A stretch of DNA of 64,000 bases, from assembly GCF_009914755.1 (NCBI RefSeq), contig NC_060937.1; one strand, 5' to 3'. Under the pieces are notes generated by a model. The model was not told the DNA's origin and did no database searches. It was given only the letters and a program-made list of their open reading frames with translations. The stretch is from the human T2T-CHM13v2.0 reference genome, Homo sapiens. Position numbers and translations under genes: made by a program. Below are positions 55,113 through 64,000 of the stretch, one piece after another (position 1 is the first letter of the stretch; every line of letters begins with the position of its first letter).

Positions 55113-55320
55113 TTCCTTAATGGTTTTTCAGCACATTCTACCTTTAGGCACTATGCAAGTAGGTACCATGTACAAATTCATTTAATTCTCACAGCTGTTC
55201 TATGAGATAGGTGCCATTATTATACCTGTTTTCTGATGAGAATAAGTGAGAGGCAAGGAAGTCAGGAAATTTACACGCATGGGACTAGCATCTAATTATA
55301 GGGCATTTGAACCAAACCCT
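55113..55320 (-). mobile_element. MIR SINE (another lies at about 55510-55670)
   Basis: tcatttaattctcacagc...tatgagataggtgccattattatacctgttttctgatgagaa. Confidence 0.7.
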
Positions 55321-55723
55321 ATCAGAATGTACAGAGGCCCCTCATGGGAAAAACATTGGGAGATAGAAAGATGAACAGGAGGACTCGATTCCTGCCTCAA
55401 CAGATTCATGAGCACCCAGGAAAGGCAGGAGGGTACAGTCAGTCTTAGGACATTGTTCTGAGCAGTCTGTGAACATAAGAAGTGAAAGAATCACTAGTCA
55501 CCATGCTGCATTTTATTTCAATTGAATCTCACAGCTATCCTGCCCTTGGTCAGAGCAGACACGATTGCATCTACTTTATTACAGACAAAATTGATGCTTA
55601 GAGAGGTTAAATAGCTCACATAATCAGTACGTGGAAGACCTTGGACTACAGTCATTGTCTCCTGAGTTTGCAAATCAAGTGTAGATTTTTTAATTTTATT
55701 TTTTTGTCTTCTGTGATCAGTAT

Positions 55724-56205
55724 TGTAGTAGGCTGAATATTGGGCCCCAAAGATATCAGGGACAAATCCCTGGAATCTTCGAATTGTTGCTTACATGGGG
55801 AAAAAAAAAAAGGTCTTTGCATATGTGCTTGAATGGAGGATCGCGAGATGGGGTGATTATCCTGAATTATCTGGGTGGGTCCTAATAATCACATGAATCT
55901 TTAAAAGAGAGGCCTAGGGAGATTTCACACATGAATACACGCAGAAGACAATGTGAGATTAGAGTGATGTGGATATAAGCCAAGGAGTGCCAAGAAATGG
56001 CAGCAGCCACCAGCAGCTGGAAAAAGAAAGGAATGAATTCTCTTTCAGAACCTCCAGAGGCAGTGCAGCCCAGACCACACCTTGATTTCAGCCTAGTGAC
56101 ACTGCTTTGGGATGCCTGGCATCTAGAACTGAGAAGGCATACTTTTCTGTTATTTAGACTGGGAAATTATTAGCAATTTGCTACAGCAGCAACAGGAAAC
56201 AAACA
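55724..56205 (+). mobile_element. MLT1B/D-like MaLR solo LTR
   Basis: tgtagtaggctgaata...ccccaaagatatc...gattatcctgaattatctgggtgggtcc...acaccttgatttcagcc...caggaaacaaaca. Confidence 0.85.
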
Positions 56206-57781
56206 GGATCATCCTCTTTTGTTGGGGATGCTGTGCTCCTGGATCCACATTTTTGCTCCTATGCTCCCCTGGCAAATCCTCTTTGCCTGCCGGAAGAGTC
56301 ACTGCCTGTCCGGCTTCCATGCTGCCATTTACCAGACTTCTGGTCATGTTCCCTTAGGAACTCGCCATTTTATTACCTGACTCTTTCTCTTGACTTCACT
56401 TGACATTATTCTTGGCAACTATAACATCCACTTATTTATCCAATATTTTAGTCTCTATCAATGCCCTAGATCACATCCTTTTGCTTACTCAAGGAATTTC
56501 CTCCTGCAGTTCCCATCCTGCCTGCTCAGTCATCAATTTATTGCTATATCCATATGTGAATATTCAGTAAATTCTCCTTCCTCATACAAGCAAAATGTTT
56601 GACCTCATAGCCCCCTCCAGTGCCTGTCTTGGTTTTCTGCTTCCATTATAGCAAACATTTGCAAGAAGTTGTCCATAACGTTGCCTTAATTCTTGTCCTT
56701 TTCTGCTCATATTCTGCTGAAGCAGCTGTTATCAAGGTTGCTAAGGGCTTCTCTTTCTCATCAGTTCCCATGGTCAATTGTTATTCCTCATCTCAGTTGC
56801 CCTTTTAATAGCATTTGACATGATAGATTACTTTCTTCTACTTGCATTATTTTCTTCCCTTGATTTCTGGGACACTCCGTTTTCCTGATTTTCTTTTTAC
56901 TTCACTGGCTTCTTATTCTAATTCTTGTTGCTGGTTACTCTTCTTTTCCCAAATTTCTCCACTCTTCCCTATCTTTTCCCCTTCGGTTATTTCATCCAGC
57001 ACCATAACTTTATTCTCCATAACAGTCACTTTCAGACTTATATCAACAGCTTCAACTTTTCCTGAGACTCCAATTATTTTATCTAATTGTATACTGATAC
57101 ATTTTATTTGATTTTCTAACTGGTAACATGTTCAAAACAAAACCTTTAATTTTCCACCCCACCACACACAAACACGGAGCCGGCATACTCTTGCTTATCT
57201 TAGTTAATGGTACCACTATGCATCCAGATACTGAGGCCCAGTCTTCAGATTTATCCTTCATTTATCCATTTCCTATACATCTCCCTCCAAACAAACCACA
57301 AGTTATTTTGCCTGTGATTCAGTACATATGGACAATCTGATCACTTATTGCAGCATACACCTCCACCAATACCACAGTCCAGCCCAGCAATGACTGTCAC
57401 CCATACTGTTAGCATAGCCTTTAAACTGGGCTTCCTGTTTTCACTCTTACACCCACCCAGCAGTCCATGCTCCATATATCAGCCACTGTTATCCTTTAAG
57501 ACATGAACAGCATCACATTTCTCCTATGTTGAAAATTCCCCAGTGCTTCGCATTCCACATAGAAAATCTGAACCCCTTACCATGATCTGTGGGGCCATCT
57601 GAAATCTGTCCCCTGCCTACTTCTCAGACCTTTCTCTATTCTCACTCACTGAGCTCCAATCACATTGACTTTCCTCTGTTTTTGCATAGTCAGCAACCTT
57701 CTTTGCACCTCGTAACCTTGCACTCTACCTTCTCTGAGCCCCCTAACCACTCATCTTTTCATAGCTGGCTCTTTTTCATCA

Positions 57782-58282
<501 letters not shown>

Positions 58283-61200
58283 CCCTTCACTTTTCATCCC
58301 CTACCCTCTTTTATCCCTCTGTAATACCTAACATAACAATAAATCATTTATATATCTGTTTGCTTTTATACTTTATCTTTTACTCTGTAGATTCTAAGCT
58401 TTATAAGGACAGAAACTTGTATGGCTTATTCAGTTTTAGCTTCAAGGTCTAAAACAGGTGCTCAAAATATATTGGTTGAATGGATGAATGAAAGAATGAA
58501 TATCAAAAGAAACTAGATTTGAATACACTAAGAGGGAATAGACAGTGTGCCATTGAAAGCCAAAAATATAGAACATCTCATTCTCTTGAGATTTCAAATA
58601 GAGAAAATGAGGACAGGAATTATGAGTTAGCAGAATGAAAGCTTTTGTTTATTTAAATAAAGAAGAACCATGTTTTTGTGTATGAATTAACTAAAAAAAA
58701 AAAACAAAGAAAAAGAGGAAGGAGAACCACCAATAAAGGATATTGGTTTACTTGTTCTGTATAAAAACATAAAGTTGTGAGTAAGAAACTCTTCCGTATA
58801 GCTCCTTTGTAGTTCTAGATTGTGTTTCTGAGTTTAAAGATTATTAGAAAATTTGATTTAAAATCTTCACTCCACAATAATTCATGAAACAATCAATGGT
58901 TAGTTGTTTAGAACTGATTTTATCTGTTACACAACTGCTTAAGGGAATTTAAATTTCTGCTAAAATCAAGTTGATTTTCAAACATAATTAATTATAAAAT
59001 AATATTAGAAATAAATGTGAAGCACCATGAAGCCCAAATTAATGAGGAGGGAAATGAGGGAGGAAGAGAGTTAAGAGGGCATTTTTCCATACAGTGCTTG
59101 TCCTAGAAGATAAGATTAATTAACAAAAGGCTAATTCTTGATGATACAGATTAATATCCCACTCACTATTTATTTATATAGATGACTGATTTCTGCATAA
59201 CATTTGAAAATGTCATTAAATTAATATTCCAGAAAACTTTGCACATTTTACTTTTTGGAAAAAAATTAGGAAATATGCAAATACAAGGGAAAATTCAGTA
59301 TAAACGCTTCCAGTCTAGAGAATTAGGTAGTTGCTTCTTTTATTTAAAAATATATATCTTCAAGTGGCTATAATGGTCTTCTGAAAATCAAAAGAATTAT
59401 TACTATTAAAATTATTCAGAAGTACTTCTTTTAAGAAAAAAGGAAATGGAATTAAAATTCATTGTAACGTGTGTGATAAAAATTGGTTATAAAATTACTT
59501 TTAAAATGATCTACCTACCTATTCATCTATCTGTATAATTTAATGCAGAGGGATACATGATTTCAGGCACAGAGCAACTCTAAAGTAGCAGAGTAGTAAT
59601 GAATTATCCATTGCAATAACATAATATGTGACTTGAGAGTTGTAATGCACAAAATGCAAATTCGCTCTGAAAATTTCTCTTCAATCAGATATACATTGTA
59701 AAATCATCTGATTTTCTATGGTTGATATGATTTAATCTTTTAAAATCTATTTCATTTCTATATTTGAGAATATCTGTGGCCTCAAATTGTAGTTGAAATT
59801 TCAAAATTTTTAAGTTAAAACATTCATATATCAAAAATAAAAAATATTAAAAGGGTCATAAAATATAAGTACATGTCATGCCAGAGAGGTTATTATAACA
59901 GTTATTCATAATCATTGCTTTTAGAAGTCAACTTTATCTTTAAACTAATAAAAGCCTTGTGACTCTTCGGTTTCTCTCATTACAAAAAGCCACCTGCATA
60001 TGAATCTTCACTGATTTTGACATTTTTCACATTTAATTTTAAATCGATATCACTCAATTTTATCTCTACCAGTTTTATTTAAAGTTAAATCCTTTATTTG
60101 TGTCAGTAATCATTTGTGGGTTTAATAAATTTTCTCTAAAAGGAATGTGGGCTGGAAGCAGTTAAAGTTTTCAGTCTTAGGTGTTTTGTCATTAAATTAA
60201 GATTAACGGAATGTTAATGTCGAAAATGGAAATAGATGCAGATAAACTTCATGCATTCCAAATCCAGTTTTTAGTGAGATAACACATAAATGATTTTATG
60301 TGTAGATAAATTAATTTTCCCATAAGGCTGGGAAGAATTACATTCTATATTTAAACAGTAATTAGATTGCACTTGCAGCCTTTAATTCGATCTACCACTC
60401 AGGCATTATAAGGAAAACTGGAAATTATTCTGTCTTGATAGACTTATTCTGATATCACTGGAAAGAAGAGCTTGTTGAAATTCTCAATGAAAAACACACA
60501 CACAAAAAATTTTATTCCTAATCTGTTTCTTAAATTCCTTAAACAAGACTGGAAAATGTTTATTTTCAATGTGTGCTACAATTTTTAATTCTTGAATACA
60601 AAGCTACTATTTATATAGCTTGGTTGAGAAGTATTTTTATGTATTATAACTGTAATGAAAGAAACCGTAGTTTCTCTTTCATAATTAAGTAGATGTGATT
60701 AATTGTTCAGCACCTTACCTATCTTGGATTTATAAACAATTATTTTATATGTCTATTACGTTTTTGGAGAACAGCACATATTTTGTTACTTGACAGTTAT
60801 TTTGAAAGTTTAAATTCTTGCTAATATCAAAATGTTAATTCAGTAAAATGGAAACACTCAACTCCTTGGTAAACATGGTATAAGAACAAAGTGATAGTTT
60901 TACAAATTCAAAGTTAACACAAACAAGTAGCTAGAGTAAATTCAATTTCTGATTTTACCAATTTTAATTAAAAATTAGTACAAAATTATTCAATGGCTTG
61001 GCTCCTAGATTGTTCATTTTTGATAGGTGTTTACACATTAAAATTTTATGAAGTGATTAGGACAAAAAAATTCAAAATATGTTTATCCCTAAGCATTGAA
61101 GAATCAATTATGTATAGACCAATAGTTTACAGTTTTTTATTGGTTGGATTTAAGAAATACTTATGATCACAGATATATAAAAATATGTATATTACATATA

Positions 61201-61653
61201 TTTAGGTAATTCAATTAACTGGAATATTTCAATATCAGGTTTAATACATATTGAAAGTCCCCCAATTTTTTGATATTGTGGTGAGTTAATAGCATGGTGA
61301 AAAACTAATGCAATAAATTACTTAAATCAAATCTATTTTGTGTTCAGATATTCAGGAAATAAACAGAATATTGACACGGTTGTGTGCCACTGAAGTACAG
61401 AGATTTGTTTGGAGAAATACATCATTAGACAATTTCGCCATTGTGCAAATATAACAGACTATACTTACACAGATCTAGACCTTAGAGTCTGCTACACACC
61501 TAGGCTATATGGTATAGGTTCATCGCTCCTAGGCTACAAACCTGTGTGACATGTTACTATACTTAATACTCTAGGCGTTTGTAATGCACTGGTAAATCTT
61601 TGTGTATCTAAGCATATTTAAACATAGAAAAGATACAGTGAAAGGATGGTATA

Positions 61654-61938
61654 GACTGAGCCTGTAATCCTAGCACTGTGGGAGGCTGAAGGAGCAGATA
61701 CCTTGAGGCCAGGAGTTTGGAACCAGCCTGGGCAACATAGCAAGACCCCATCTCAACAAAAAAATAATAAAAAGTAAAAATTAGCCTGGCATGGTGGTCC
61801 ACACCTGTAGTCCCAGCTACTTGGGAAGTTGAGGCAGGAGGGTTGCTTTGAGCACAGAAGGTTTAGGCTACAGGGAGCTATGATCCTGGCATCACACTGC
61901 AGCCTAGGTGATGGAGCAAAATGTTGTCTCAAAAAATC

Positions 61939-61998
<60 letters not shown>
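61654..61998 (+). mobile_element. AluJ (Jo/Jr-like) whose tail became (TA)n
   Basis: ttgaggccaggagttt...gggcaacatagcaagacccc; TSD atggtata on both sides. Confidence 0.92.
61947..61991. repeat. (TA)~22 microsatellite
   Basis: Direct reading. Confidence 0.95.
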
Positions 61999-61999
<1 letters not shown>

Positions 62000-64000
62000 A
62001 AATTATGGTATAAATTTTTTTTAAAAAAGGTACACCTGCATAGGGCACATAGCATGAGTGGAGCTTGCAAGATTAGAAGTTGCTCTAGGTAAGTCAGTAA
62101 GTGAGTGGTGAGTGAATGCAAAGGCTTAGGACATTACACTATTTAGACTGTACAAATACTGTATACTTAGGCTATACTAAATTTATTTTAAAAATCTTTC
62201 TTCAATAACAAATTAACCTTAGCTTACAGTAGTTTATAATAAATTTACTTTAAACTTCAATTTTTAAAAAACTTTTTGATTTTTTGTAGTAACATTTAGC
62301 TTAAAAGACAAACTCATTGTACAAAAATGTTTTCTTTATATCCTCACTCTATAAGCTTTTTTTTTCTATTTTTAAATATTTATTTATTTTTTTACTTTTT
62401 AAACTTTTTTGTTAAAAACTAAGACACAAACACACACATTAGCCTAGGCCTACACAGGGTCAGGATCATCAATATCACCGTCTTCCGCCTCCACATCTTG
62501 TTGCACTGGAAGGGCTTCAGGAACAATAACAGGCATGGAGATGTCATCTCCTGTGATAACAATGCCTTCCTCTGGAAGAACTCACTTAGGTGGCTTTATG
62601 GTTAACTTAAAAAAAATCAGTAGAAGGAGTGCACTCTAAAATAACAATAAAAAACATAGTATGGTAAACACCCAGTAACAAAGTTGTTTATTATCATTAT
62701 CAAATATTATGTACTGTACATACTTGCATGTGCTAGACTTTTATATGACTGGCAATCTGATATTTTTGTTTATACCAGCATCACCACAAACATGTAATAT
62801 GTTGGACTATGATGTTATGATGGCTATGATGTCACTAAATTATAGGAATTTTTCAGCTCCATTATAATCTTATGGGACCAATGTCATATATACAGTTAGT
62901 CATTCACCAAAACATCATTACAAGGCACATGACTGTATTTGATGACATATAATTTCCCCTTCAAAGGGTAGTAAAGTCAATACACAGTTTATGAAAGCTA
63001 AAATTTTAATGCATGTGTTATTAGAGAAAAGTTTTAAAATTTCACTCTAATATGATTCCTGAAGTTATTATCAGGTTCTTTTTGGTTGTTTTGTTTTAAA
63101 GAATAAAACTGAATCAGAGAAAAACTACTCTAAAATCAAATAAAAACTGTATAATTTGTTCAGAAATTTATTTTTAATTACAAACTCAAAGAGTAATCAG
63201 AATTAGTTTGTTGCTAATAATACACAGTGGCCTTAAAAGAGAAATAATGATATTTGGAAATGCTATATTCATTTTTATTTTGAATGAAAACTCCTAAATA
63301 TTAAATATATTCTCTTCAACATTGCTTTTACAATATAAATTACTTTGTAAAACATACCTGTTAGGGCTACTTAAAGATAAACTCCATATTTTCCTAAATC
63401 ATTGTGTTATAAATTAATTGGGCTGAAATTTATAAAGAAATATTTTATTCTTGCCTTTATAAAAATTGCATGTGTAAACATCATTTAGAGTTGGCAGAAA
63501 TCTGATGGAACATCAGTATTGCCTGATTCAGCAATGTTCAACCTTTATTCCACTAAGAATAATATGGCAATTGTCAGTCACATGAACACATATAGCACAT
63601 ATCTTAGAAACCTGGGTGGAAAGCATGTAAGAATGCCTGTGATATAGGGTATCTTTGAATCTATCCTTATTTTATCTTTAACAAATTAAGTAATTTTAAA
63701 ACATTGTGATTTAACCATTATTGGTAAATAAAATTATTTGTGACCCACTTCGCGGTTCTTAGCCACACACAAACTGCTCAGAAAAATGACCTATTTTAAG
63801 GAGAAACATACAGGCTTGGCAGTTTTATTGTAGTTCAAGCCACAGAGATTCAATTCCGTTTTCACACTTTGTCCTGTGGATCTGTGAAAACAGAGTGTAG
63901 TGGCTGAGACTGCAGCTGTGGGGTCAGGTTATCATAGTGGAATGCTTGCTGAACAACTCTGTAAGAGCAGAGAGAATATTTTACACGTATTTGCAACCGC

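Larger units (their letters stand above)
61377..62935. mobile_element. Tigger3b-like (Golem/MER7) DNA transposon, interrupted by Alu
   Basis: ctacacacctaggctatatggtatag...cctaggctacaaacctg; cattagcctaggcctacacagggtcaggatcatcaatatcac; end ggcacatgactg followed by TA. Confidence 0.88.

Overview
AT-rich, CpG-depleted primate genomic DNA. AluY copies point to an Old World monkey or ape lineage, plausibly human. The window looks intronic or intergenic: I find no credible protein-coding exon, RNA gene or CpG island. The recognisable ORFs in the track derive from Alu, L1 ORF2 remnants, other decayed repeats or microsatellites; the rest look like chance ORFs. Much of the window is a layered record of interspersed repeats: about 13 Alu/FLAM copies (J, S, Y), L1PA/MA/MB/ME fragments, L2, MIR, solo LTRs (THE1, MLT1, MLT2, LTR16A, MER67-like, MER90-like) and DNA transposons (MER5, MER20, MER33, MER44, Charlie1, Tigger3), many nested with readable target-site duplications (TSDs). 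Family names are recalled from consensus sequences and need RepeatMasker/Dfam confirmation; boundaries of old elements are approximate. I do not see evidence for a new biological system. The best leads are mechanistic scars and structural elements: a twin-primed L1PA8A with a probable short 3' transduction, a patchwork templated insertion inside an MLT1 LTR, a CpG-retaining palindromic 28-bp minisatellite, a cluster of AG|GT splice-like motifs, and several repeat-free candidate regulatory segments.
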